From positions 1 to 58,736 of the forward strand of contig CALSCP010000932.1 in the NCBI GenBank assembly GCA_943704425.1: a DNA stretch of 58,736 bases, in the 5' to 3' direction. Origin of the DNA: Ministeria vibrans ATCC 50519. Its lineage: Eukaryota > Protista > Filasterea. The notes beneath the pieces are model-generated. The model ran no database searches, was not told the origin of the DNA, and saw only the letters and a list, made by a program, of their open reading frames with translations. This document shows, piece after piece, positions 36,556 to 48,500 of the stretch (position 1 is its first letter; every line of letters begins with the position of its first letter). A program made the translations under genes and the position numbers.

Positions 36556-39500
36556 TTAACAAGAATGGGTCACATCCGAGGAAGTCTTGGGGGTCGTCAA
36601 GTCGAGAGTGATGGGTGCTGCCTTGCCGGCAAGGAACACGTTGTTCAGGCACCCCAGGAAACCACCGCCGCCCAGCGACAAGTCGGCGTTGTGCGTGTCA
36701 ATCGACAGCGGTGCGCCCTTGGCACTGCCCGACACCCCGACAAAGTCCACAAACAGATATCCTTTGACGCCGTTGCGGCTGACCACCACTCGATGCCAGA
36801 AGCCATCGGCAATATTCACTGTCGATGTAATCACCGCAGTTGCTACACACACATACACACACATATCAGAACTCCACACATTACTCTCTTTCTCTGTGGT
36901 TCTTACATCCTCCGGCGTTAAACTGGAGCACGGGGAAGCCTGCGACGAGGGTGACGGAGAGCACGTCGGGGTGTCCATCCGAATTGGTCTGGTACAGAAG
37001 TGTGCCCGTTTGCGAGTCGGGGCGCACATTGAACGACACCGTCGTGTCCACGTCCGCATCAAACGGATCAAAGGTCGCAAAGGCCGCGCCCGAAGTGAAC
37101 GTGGCGATGCCACCAGGTGCCGCAGGATAGCTCACCTGCACCGCACGCGCCGTCGTCGTGTCCAGCTGGTTCATCAGGCGTCCATCGATCACAATGTTCT
37201 GCATCAGACCCACAAAGCCTTCGTACAGGCGATGCTTGATTCCGCCCACATTCAGCAGTCCCGTACTCACCTAAAATAAAATAATAATCAATTAATGTTA
37301 TTTTTATGATTATTATTATTATTATTATTGCAGTTCTTAGGGTTAGGGTTAGAAAAATAAAGTTCTTTTTTTTTTACCTGAAGTCCCGCACTAAGACCCT
37401 GCGACACAATGTTGAGCACAATGGTACCGTCAATGCGCACGGTAGAAATGGCGTCAACGCGGCTCCATACAATGTTGTGCCAAACGCTGTCGTCGTAGCG
37501 CGTCGTGGTCGTGCCCGAGCCCGAGCCCGAGCCCAAGTCGTAGCGCACCACAAGCTGGCCAATGTCGTTCAAGTAAATATCCACGTAGTCGTAGCCATTG
37601 GTCGACTGCTGGTAGATGAGGCGCTGAATGCGCAGCGTACTCACCGCGCGGAAGTCCATGCTCAGCGTCGACGTGCGTCCATCCTTGAACGACTGCGGCG
37701 CATTCAGCTCGACACGGCCGTCGCCACGCAGCGACAGAATACCCTCGTAGAAGTCGTTGCAGGTGGTACCCGAGAAAGAATTCACGCATGCACACTTGAA
37801 GGTTTGTGTATAGGTTGTCGGGGTGCATGTGCCACCGTTCAGGCATGGGTTCACCGCGCAAAGCGAACCAAACGTGTGTACACAGCCAAAGGCGACGTTC
37901 GTCTGCGAACTCTGCGTCAGGTCCAGCGCACTCAACGTGCCAAAGATCACGTTGCTAATGCACCCACGCACATTGGCACCCATCGTGAGCGTGTTTGTCT
38001 CAATCACGCGGTCCGACTGAGAGTGACTCACTGCAAACGGATTGCTCGCGTCCACCGTAAGCGTCGCCACGCCGGCACTCGTTAGCGAGAACCTCGCCGT
38101 GTGTGGGCGTCCGTCAGAGACGGTAAACGCAAAGGCGGTCACCTGCGTCTTCACACCCGAACCCGTGTCAAACACAACCGTGACCAAGCTGTTTGCAACA
38201 GTCATGGCAAGCGAGTCGCTGTTTGCCCCACTGCCACTGTTGGTCATGTCCAAGAGCACCGCCGACGAAGTCGTCGTCACAAAAGTCACCTGCACCTGAA
38301 TGTCGACAAAGCTCGGGGCCGGCGATGTGTTCAGTGTGAGCGAGCCCGACGAGCCGTCCAGACCAAAGGTTGCGGCCGTCTGAGGACCCGACAAAAGAGT
38401 GCAGACCGTGCCGTCGCCCGTGTACGCCGGGAAGCAGGCGCACGTAAAAGCCGTCGCTGTCTCGGTACAGGTGGCGTCAAAGGCACACGGCGTCAGTGTG
38501 AGAGGCTCGTCACACGTTGGCTTCAGAACGCAACCCACAGCCGGTTCGCCAATGTAGCCCGCCTGACACTCACAGGTGCCGCTGAACGAGCTCGACGAGG
38601 TCACACACTCGGTGTTGGCCGCAGTGCAGAAGTTGGGGTTCTCCACGCAGAAGTCAAGAGCTGTCTCGCACGACTCGCCCGTATAGCCGGCCGAGCAGGC
38701 GCACACCGCGAGCGTCTCAGAGGCAGCCGTGCACACACCTTGGTTGTTGCACACATTGGCAATGGTACAGGGGCAATCAATTCCGTTAGGCGTCACCGTC
38801 GCACTGCCGCTCAGCTGTGTCCACGTGTACGTCGACAACAGCTGCGAGTCAATTTGACAAATCTGCGCGTTGCCCGTCACCGTAATGCTTTTGAGCGCGC
38901 TAAACTGCACCAGCACATCAATGTTGGTCAGACCCGAGTTGTCCACAATGATCACGTCGGGTCCTTGGCAGTTGCTGCACGGGAAGGGCGCAATTGCAGC
39001 GAGAATTTCGAGTGTCGCAAGACCGGGACACGACGACACCTCGACGAGCGTTGGAGCGCTCGTGAGCGCCGACTGGCCAATAATCGAGGTGGTCTGCTCA
39101 AGCGAGTTGAGCTTGTTGAGGCTGAGCGCACTCAGCGACGTGATCGCCGAAGCCGACACCGACGTGAGGTTGGGGATGTCGTCCAGATCGAGAGCCGCGC
39201 CCACCGTGGCGAGCTGAGGCAGACTCACGCTGACCGTGGCCGGCAGATGCACAATGCTGAGGTCGGCCGAGACACTCACGAGCGAAGCAAAAGTCACCTC
39301 GGCGAGTGCAGGGAACGTCGAGAGGGTGAGCGACCCGTCGACACTGGTAAGCGCCGAAAGCTCTGACGTGTCCACAATAAGCGTAGAAGTAGAGGAGAGC
39401 ACAAGGGAGCCACCGACAACGCGCTCAAGCTGCGCCAATGGCGACAGGCTTGCCAGACTAGTTGTCGTGATAAGCAGGGTGCCCACCACTTCGACGCAAC

Positions 39501-42500
39501 CCGTTAGGAGCGACAACTCGTTGGGTGTGTCCACCAGAATCAGATTGTTCTTAGCAATGCAACGCATCTCGTTACAGCTTGAGCCCGTCCACTCGAAGAC
39601 AACAGCGGCATTGTCGCCGTTGAAGCCGCACGTGCACGTGTAGTCGGCAACGGTGTTGGCAACGGTGGTACACGTGCCGCCGTTCGCACACGGGCTCGAG
39701 TCGCACGCGACATTGACCACGTCGCACTGGTCGCCGGCAAAGCCGTTGGGACAGTCGCAGACAAATGCAGACGCACCATTGTCGACCATGTTGGTGCAGG
39801 AACCGCCATTCTGGCACGGGGATGATGCACACGCCGGCTCCAGTTCGCAGAAGTCTCCCAGGTAGCCCGCAAGACAGGTGCAAGAGAACGAGCCCGACAC
39901 GTCGGAGCACGTGCCGCCATTCGAGCAGGGCACCGAGGCACAGCCGTCAATGACACTCTCGCACAGGATACCTGTGTACTCGGGGACACACTGACACACA
40001 AAGGCGCCCGTCTGCGGCACACACTGAGCCGTACCCACAAGCGAACACGGCGACGAGTCGCAGAAGTCAATCTCGGTGTCGCATCCGCTGCCGGTGTAGG
40101 CAGCCGTGCATTGACACGCAAACGAGGAGGCATCGCACGTACCGCCGTTGACACACTCGGCCCCGTTGAGGCCACAGTCCGACGGACACGACACGTCCGT
40201 TGTGATGTCCGAGATGGCCGCGAGAGGGAAGTTGCCAAATGTCGAGGGCGTCTGCTTCTTGTTGTTTTGCGGATTGGTAATGGAACAGAGAAGGGGGTTG
40301 GCGGTGATCTGCAGAGTCTGCAGGCCGTTGGCCGTGTCGAGCGGCGAAACACTCTGGATCCAGTCAGCATTGGTAAGCACGGCGTTCGAGTCAATGATCA
40401 GACTGGAGCCCACGGAGCCGAGTGTCGCACCCGATTGCGATGTGAGTGCCGTCAGAGCACCATTGCCGGTAACAGACAACGTGTTGGGCACTCGGTCCAT
40501 GTTGATCAGAGTGATGGTCGACAGCACGTCGTTGTTCACAATCGAGAGGGAGCCTTGCGTGCCGACACACGGCGTCGCGAAGCAGTTGGCAATGGAAATG
40601 TCGCCGGCAATCTGAACCAGCTTGGCATTCTGCTCCACATTGAGACCACCCACGATGAGGGAGGGGAATGTCGCAGACACAAGCAATGAGGTCTGCTCGA
40701 CCGAAAGGAGACCCTCAACAACACGCAGATCGTTAAGGTGCGACGACACGTCGACATCGGTGACAATGCCCGTGATCGTCAGGCCGCCCGTCACACGCTG
40801 ACAACCCACCATCTCGCTCATGTGGACCGAAGAGCCCACAACGAGAGTGTCCGCGGGTGCAACCGCACTGCAGACAATGGTCTGGCACTCGGCGCCCGTA
40901 AGCGAGTAAACAATGTTGTTGAGAGGCGATGTGATTGCCGGCGGGCACTCGCACACGTATGCGTTCGGTGAAGGTTGTGTGCAGACCGAGCCAAACTGGC
41001 AGGGGCTGCTTGAGCACTCGTCCACATCAATTTCACATTGATCCCCCTCAAAGCCAGGCATGCAGGCGCAAGAGTACGCTTCGGGTGCCGTGGTTGCAGT
41101 GCAGGTACCACCATTGGCACAAGGTGTCGACGCGCAAGGCGTCAGACTCGTTTCGCAGGTGAGCCCGGTAAAGCCTGTGTCGCACACGCATGTGTGGCGG
41201 TTCACGCCATCGGTGCAGGTTGCGCCGTTCTGACACGGGCTGCTTGCGCACTCGTCAATGTTCGTGGCACAATCGGCGCCCGTGTAGCCCTTGGAGCAGG
41301 AGCAGACGTAGCCAACAGGCTGGTCAATGCACAGACCAAAGTTGAGGCAGGGGCTGCTAGCGCACTCGTTAATTGCTGACTCGCACTTGACGCCCGTGTA
41401 TCCTGTGGCGCAGGTGCACGCGTAACCGCCCACAAGATCGACACAGGTAGCGCCGTTGGTGCAAGGCGACGAGGCGCACTCGACGACCTGCTGCTCACAC
41501 TCGTCACCGGCAAACCCAACGGGACAGGTGCACACGTGCCCACCGCCCACGGTACTGCATGTTCCACCGTTGAGGCACGGCGACGATCCACACTGACTAA
41601 TAAGTTCCTCACAATTGGTACCCGTGTAGAACTGTGCACACTGACATGTGTAGCCATTGACAGCGTCGGTACATGTCGCACCATTCTGACAGGGCAGTGA
41701 CGCGCACTCGTTGGTACTTTCAGCGCAGGTGGGGCCCTCAAAACCGGCGGCACAAGCACAAGTGAATCCATTGGTGACGTCGTCGCAAGTCGCTCCGTTT
41801 TGGCACGGCGACGAAGCACACTCGTCGGTGTCGCTCTGACACTGCGAGCCAAAAAAACCGGCGGCACACGTGCAGGTGTAGCCGTAGATTTCGTCCTCAC
41901 AGGTGGCGCCATTCTCACACGGTGTGGATGCACACTCGTTTACATTGATGGTGCACAAAGTGCCCACAAAGCCGGGTGTGCACTCGCAGAAAAAGGCGTT
42001 AGGCACAGGTTGCAAGCAGTCACCATTGACACACGGCGACGAGGCACACTCGTCGACATCCTGGTCACAGAGCGGTCCAGTGAAACCAGTGTTGGCACAG
42101 TCGCACTCGAAAAGGTCTGGCATAGATCCCTCAAGACACAGGCCATTGGTACATGGCGACGAGTCGCACTCGTTGACGTCCACGTCGCACTGGAGGCCGG
42201 TGAAACCAGCGGCACAGCCACAGGCAAAACCATCCACAAGCTCGTTGCAGGTCGCGCCGTTGCTGCAGGGCGACGAATTACATTCAATAATCTCAATGTC
42301 ACACTGAGTGCCGGTGAAGCCTGAGGCACATTCGCAGCTGTACACACCAACGGTAGGTTCGGAGCAGTCACCGTCCACACACGGGCTGGAGGCACACTCG
42401 GCAATGTCGTCGGTACACGCGACACCCTCATAACCGGCGTCACATGTGCACTTGAAGCCAAGGGACTCTTCCGCACACGTGCCGTGAACGCAGGGCGACG

Positions 42501-45500
42501 AAGCACACGTGAAAACTCCGCTCTCGCATAGGACACCCGTGAAACCAGAAATACACACACAAGTGAATCCGTTCACTCCGTCGGTACAGGTGCCTCCGTT
42601 CTGGCACGGCGTGTTAGCGCAGTCGTCAATATCCGTCTGGCACTCGGCGTCGGTGAATCCCGCGACGCACTCGCAAGTGTAGCCGTTGACGTTGTCGCTA
42701 CAGGTGCCTCCGTTCTGGCACGGCTGGTTGGCGCAGTCGTCAATGTCCGTCTGGCAATCGGCGTCGGTGAATCCGGCAGCACACTGGCAAGTGTAGCCGT
42801 TGACGTTGTCGGTACAGGTACCGCCGCTCTGGCACGGCTTGCTCGCACACTCGTCCACATTGTCGGCACAGTGGTCGCCACTGAAGCCAAGAGCGCATGT
42901 GCACGTGTACGAGTTGAGCAGCTCATTGCAGGTCGCGCCGTTCTCGCACGGCATCGACGCACACTCAAGCAGGTCCTGGTCACAGAGAGTGCCCGTGAAG
43001 CCTGCAGCGCAATCGCACGAGAACCCGTCGACAGCGTCGACACACGTAGACGAGGCGTGGCACTGGTTGCCAGCGCAGTCGTCAATGTCGGTCTCGCAAT
43101 CAGAGTCGGTGAATCCTGCGGCACACTCGCAAGTGTAGCCGTTGACGTTGTCGGTACAGGTGCCTCCGTTCTGGCACGGCGTGTTGGCGCAGTCGTCGAT
43201 ATCCGTCTGGCACTCGGCGTCGGTGAATCCCGCGACGCACTCGCAAGTGTAGCCGTTGACGTTGTCGCTACAGGTGCCTCCGTTCTGGCACGGCTGGTTG
43301 GCGCAGTCGTCAATGTCCGTCTGGCAATCGGCGTCGGTGAATCCGGCAGCACACTGGCAAGTGTAGCCGTTGACGTTGTCGGTACAGGTACCGCCGCTCT
43401 GGCACGGCTTGCTCGCACACTCGTCCACATTGGATGGTGCTGGCAATCGGCGTCGGTGAATCCGGCAGCACACTGGCAAGTGTAGCCGTTGACGTTGTCG
43501 GTACAGGTACCGCCGCTCTGGCACGGCTTGCTCGCACACTCGTCCACATTGATGGTGCACTGGTCACCAACAAAGCCGGGGGTGCAGACGCAGAAGTACT
43601 GGCCAACCACCTGCTGTGTGCACACGCCGTTAACACAAGGTGACGAGCTACACTCGTTAATGTCCTGCTCACAAGAGTCTCCCATAAAGCCAGAGGCACA
43701 GTTGCAGCTGTAGCCATTGACGGCGTCGGTACAGGTGCCGCCGTTGACGCAGGGTGTCGAGGCGCACTCGTCAATGTCGTTGCTGCAGTCGTTGCCATTG
43801 AATCCGGCCACACAGACGCATGTAAATCCGTTGTCGCCATCCGTACAGGTTCCGCCGTTCTGGCACACGGCGTTAATACAATCGTCAATGTTAGTCTGAC
43901 AATCAGTGCCGGTGAATCCCGCTGCGCATGTGCAAGTAAAGCCGTTGACACCATCCTCACATGTACCGCCGTTCTGGCATGGTGCGTTTGTACAATCGTC
44001 AATGTTCGTCTGGCAATCGGCGTCGGTGAATCCAGTGGAGCACGCACAGGTGTAGCCGTTGACGGAGTCGAAACAGCTGCCACCGTTCTGACACGGCGTG
44101 CTAGCGCACTCGTCAATTTCCACGTCGCACAGATCGCCAGTAAAGCCCGGATCACAGATGCACTCGAAAGCCGATGATGCAAGCTGCGAGCAGACACCAT
44201 TGAAGCAGGGTGACGAGTCACACTCGACAATGTCTACGCTGCAGTCGACTCCGGTAAAGCCTGAGGTGCAGTCACACTCAAACGTTCCCGGCTTAGTACC
44301 CTCCGAACAAGTGCCGCCATTGTGGCAGGGCGACGACAAGCACTCGATCGTCTCCTCGGCACAGGTGGTGCCTTGGAAGCCAGCGGCGCAGGTGCAAATG
44401 AAAATAGTTGTCAGGTCGCGGCAGGTGGCACCGTTCTCACACGGCGATGACGCACATTCGTTGATGTTTTCATTGCAAAGGGTACCGGTGAACCCGTTAG
44501 GACACTGACAGGTAAAGCCGGCAACATGATCAATGCACACCGCGCCAGAAGCACACGGTTGACTGGCACACTCGTTGATATTGACCTGGCAACGAGGTCC
44601 AGTGAATCCAGCAGAGCAACTACACACAAACGCATCGACACTGTCAAAGCACGTCGCGCCATTGGCACATGGGATGCTGGCGCACTCGTTCAACTCAGAC
44701 TCACAATGAGTACCACGAAAGCCCGGTGCACAAATGCAGGAGTAGCCCTCGCCAAAGTCGCGGCACGTGGCGCCATTGCTGCAAGGCTGTGATGCGCACT
44801 CAGAAAAGTCCAACTCGCAACGGTCGCCAAAGAAGGCTGTGGTGCACTCACATGTGTACGTGTTGGGTGTCGCACCGTTGGAGCAGGTACCACCGTTAAG
44901 ACACGGATTCGAATTACACTCGTTCACGTCAGCATTGCAAAGCGTGCCAGTGAAGCCCGCCAAGCACTGGCACGTGAAACCAGCACCATTCTCGAGGCAA
45001 GTGGCGCCATTGCCGCACGGATTGGAAGTGCACTCAATGGTCTCCGTCGTGCACACACTATCGGTAAAGCCGGCAGCACACTGGCAAGTGTAGCCGAGAA
45101 CAGCGTCGACACAGGTGCCACCATTGGCACAGGGGGCCGAGAGACACTCATCGATTGCAGTGTTGCAAGTGGCACCCTCAAAACCGGTGCCCGTGCAGTC
45201 ACACTCAAAGAAATTGGCAAAAGAGCCTTCGGAGCAGGTACCACCGTTGAGGCACGGGTTCGAGTCGCATTCGTTCGCGTCCTCATCACAAAGCGTGCCG
45301 GTGAAGCCAGCGGCACACTGGCAAGTGTAGCCGAGGTGAGCGTCAATGCAAGTGGCGCCGTTGGCACAGGGAGCCGACAGACACTCGTCTGTTGCAGTGT
45401 TGCAAGTGGCACCCTCAAAACCGGTGCCCGTGCAGTCACACTCAAAGAAGTTGGCAAAAGAGCCTTCGGAGCAGGTACCACCGTTGAGGCACGGGTTCGA

Positions 45501-48500
45501 GTCGCATTCGTTCGCGTCCTCATCGCAAAGCGTGCCGGTGAAGCCAGCGGCACACTGGCAAGTGTAGCCGAGATGAGCGTCAGAGCAGGTAGCGCCGTTG
45601 GCGCAGGGAGCCGAGAGACACTCGTCTGTTGCAGTGGTGCAAGTGGCACCCTCAAAACCGGTGCCCGTGCAGTCACACTCAAAGAAGTTGGCAAAAGAGC
45701 CTTCGGAGCAGGTACCACCGTTGAGGCACGGGTTCGAGTCGCATTCGTTCGCGTCCTCATCGCAAAGCGTGCCGGTGAAGCCAGCGGCACACTGGCAAGT
45801 GTAGCCGAGATGAGCGTCAGAGCAGGTAGCGCCGTTGGCGCAGGGAGCCGAGAGACACTCGTCTGTTGCAGTGTTGCAAGTGGCACCCTCAAAACCGGTG
45901 CCCGTGCAGTCGCATACAAACTCATTGGGTTTTTGTCCTTCGGAACACGTGCCACCGTTGAGGCAAGGGTTCGAGTCGCATTCGCTTGCGTCCGCATCGC
46001 AAAGCGTGCCGGTGAAGCCAGCGGCACACTGGCAAGTGTAGCCGAGGTGAGCGTCAATGCAAGTGGCGCCGTTGGCACAGGGAGCCGAGAGACACTCGTC
46101 TGTTGCAGTGTTGCAAGTGGCACCCTCAAAACCGGTGCCCGTGCAGTCACACTCAAAGAAATTGGCAAAAGAGCCTTCGGAGCAGGTACCACCGTTGAGA
46201 CAAGGGTTCGAGTCGCATTCGTTTGCGTCCTCATCGCAAAGCGTGCCGGTGAAGCCAGCGGCACACTGGCAAGTGTAGCCGAGATGAGCGTCAGAGCAGG
46301 TAGCGCCGTTGGCACAGGGAGCCGAGAGACACTCGTCTGTTGCAGTGGTGCAAGTGGCACCCTCAAAACCGGTGCCCGTGCAGTCGCATACAAACTCATT
46401 GGGGTTTTGTCCTTCGGAGCACGTGCCACCGTTAAGGCAGGGGCTCGAGGTGCACTCGAGGGCATCCTCCGAGCAGTCGGTACCCGTAAAACCAACGGCA
46501 CAGTCGCAAGCAAACGAATCGAGCATGTTGGTACAGGTGCCTCCGTTCTGACACGGCGTTGACAGACATTCGTCAACGTCTTCATTACAAGTGGTACCAG
46601 TGAATCCGCTGGGACACACACACGTAAACGACTGAACCCCGTCAACACATGTCCCTCCGTTGTTGCAGACAGTTTGTTGCGGACAGTCGTCAATGTTGGT
46701 CTCGCATATGTCGCCTTGAAAGCCACTGCTGCAAAGACAGAAGAAGGCACCAAGCGAGTCAAAGCAAACGCCGTCATTAAGGCAAGGATTCGAATCGCAC
46801 GAAAGCAATTGCTTCTCACAGTGGATTCCGGTGAAAAGCGATGGACAGGTGCAAATGTAGCCGTCCACAAGGTCGACACAGGTGCCGCCAAACTGACATG
46901 GAAGCGACGCACACTCGTTTGTGTTTGTACCGCACGAGGTTCCCTCAAAACCCGCAGCGCACGAGCAAGTGTACGAGCCGATGCCATCCGTGCAGGTTGC
47001 ACCGTTCTCGCACGGTGCCGAAGCACAATCATCAATGTTGCTCGCGCAGTGGGTGTCGGTAAAACCAAGAGCACACTGGCACGTGTAGCCATCCACAATG
47101 TCGATGCAAGTGGCACCATTTTGGCAAGGCATCGAAGCGCACTCAATCACCTCAACACCGCAATCACTGTTGGTGAAGCCCGAAGCACACTCGCATGAAA
47201 AGGTGTTCACTCCGTCGGTACAAGTGCCTCCGTTCTGGCACGGCGTGTTAGCGCAGTCGTCAATATCCGTCTGGCACTCGGTGTCGGTGAATCCCGCGAC
47301 GCACTCGCAAGTGTAGCCGTTGACGTTGTCGCTACAGGTGCCTCCGTTCTGGCACGGCTGGTTGGCGCAGTCGTCAATATCCGTCTGGCAATCGGCGTCG
47401 GTGAATCCGGCAGCACACTCGCAAGTGTAGCCGTTGATGCCATCTGTGCATGTGCCGCCGTTCTGGCACGGCTTGCTCGCACACTCGTCCACATTGTCGG
47501 CACAGTGGTCGCCACTGAAGCCAAGAGCGCATGTGCACGTGTACGAGTTGAGCAGCTCATTGCAGGTCGCGCCGTTCTCGCACGGCATCGACGCACACTC
47601 AAGCAGGTCCTGGTCACAGAGAGTGCCCGTGAAGCCTGCAGCGCAATCGCACGAGAACCCGTCGACAGCGTCGACACACGTAGACGAGGCGTGGCACTGG
47701 TTGCCAGCGCAGTCGTCAATGTCGGTCTCGCAATCAGAGTCGGTGAATCCTGCGGCACACTCGCAAGTGTAGCCGTTGACGTTGTCGGTACAGGTGCCTC
47801 CGTTCTGGCACGGTATGTTAGCGCAGTCGTCGATATCCGTCTGGCACTCAGCGTCGGTAAATCCCGCGGCGCACTCGCAAGTGAAGCTGTTCACACCGTC
47901 GATACAGGTGCCGCCGTTGTGACACGGTGCGCTATCACAGTCGTTTACATTTTCGCTACACTCGGTGCCAGTGAACCCGGTGGGGCACAAGCAAAAGAAA
48001 ATGTTAACAGCGTCGGTGCATGTTCCGCCGTTTTGACAGGGGTTGGAGGCACACTCGTCAATGTTCGTCTCGCACATCACACCTTCAAAGCCCGTCAGAC
48101 AATCACACGTGTAGCTATTGAGACCGTCAACACAAGAGCCGCCAAACTGACAAGGAATCGACGAACACTCGTTGACATCGTTGCTGCAGTCGTTGCCATC
48201 AAATCCAGCCAAGCACTCGCAAGAGAAGCCGTTGACGTTGTCGGTACAGGTGCCTCCGTTCTGGCACGGCGCGTCGGTGCAGTCGTCAACATCCGTCTGG
48301 CACTCGGCGTCGGTGAATCCCGCGACGCACTCGCAAGTGTAGCCGTTGACGTTGTCGCTACAGGTGCCTCCGTTCTGGCACGGCTGGTTGGCGCAGTCGT
48401 CAATGTCCGTCTGGCAATCGGCGTCGGTGAATCCGGCAGCACACTCGCAAGTGTAGCCGTTGATGTTGTCGGTACATGTGCCGCCGTTCTGGCACGGCTT

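Noticed and set aside
37337-37352. TTAGGG telomere-like repeats (also near 2521-2600)
   Set aside because: Only 2-3 units inside introns; too short to indicate a telomere or a healed break.
45070-46440. CRISPR-like or non-coding repeat array
   Set aside because: The units are in-frame EGF-coding repeats with no unique spacers, and the context is eukaryotic.
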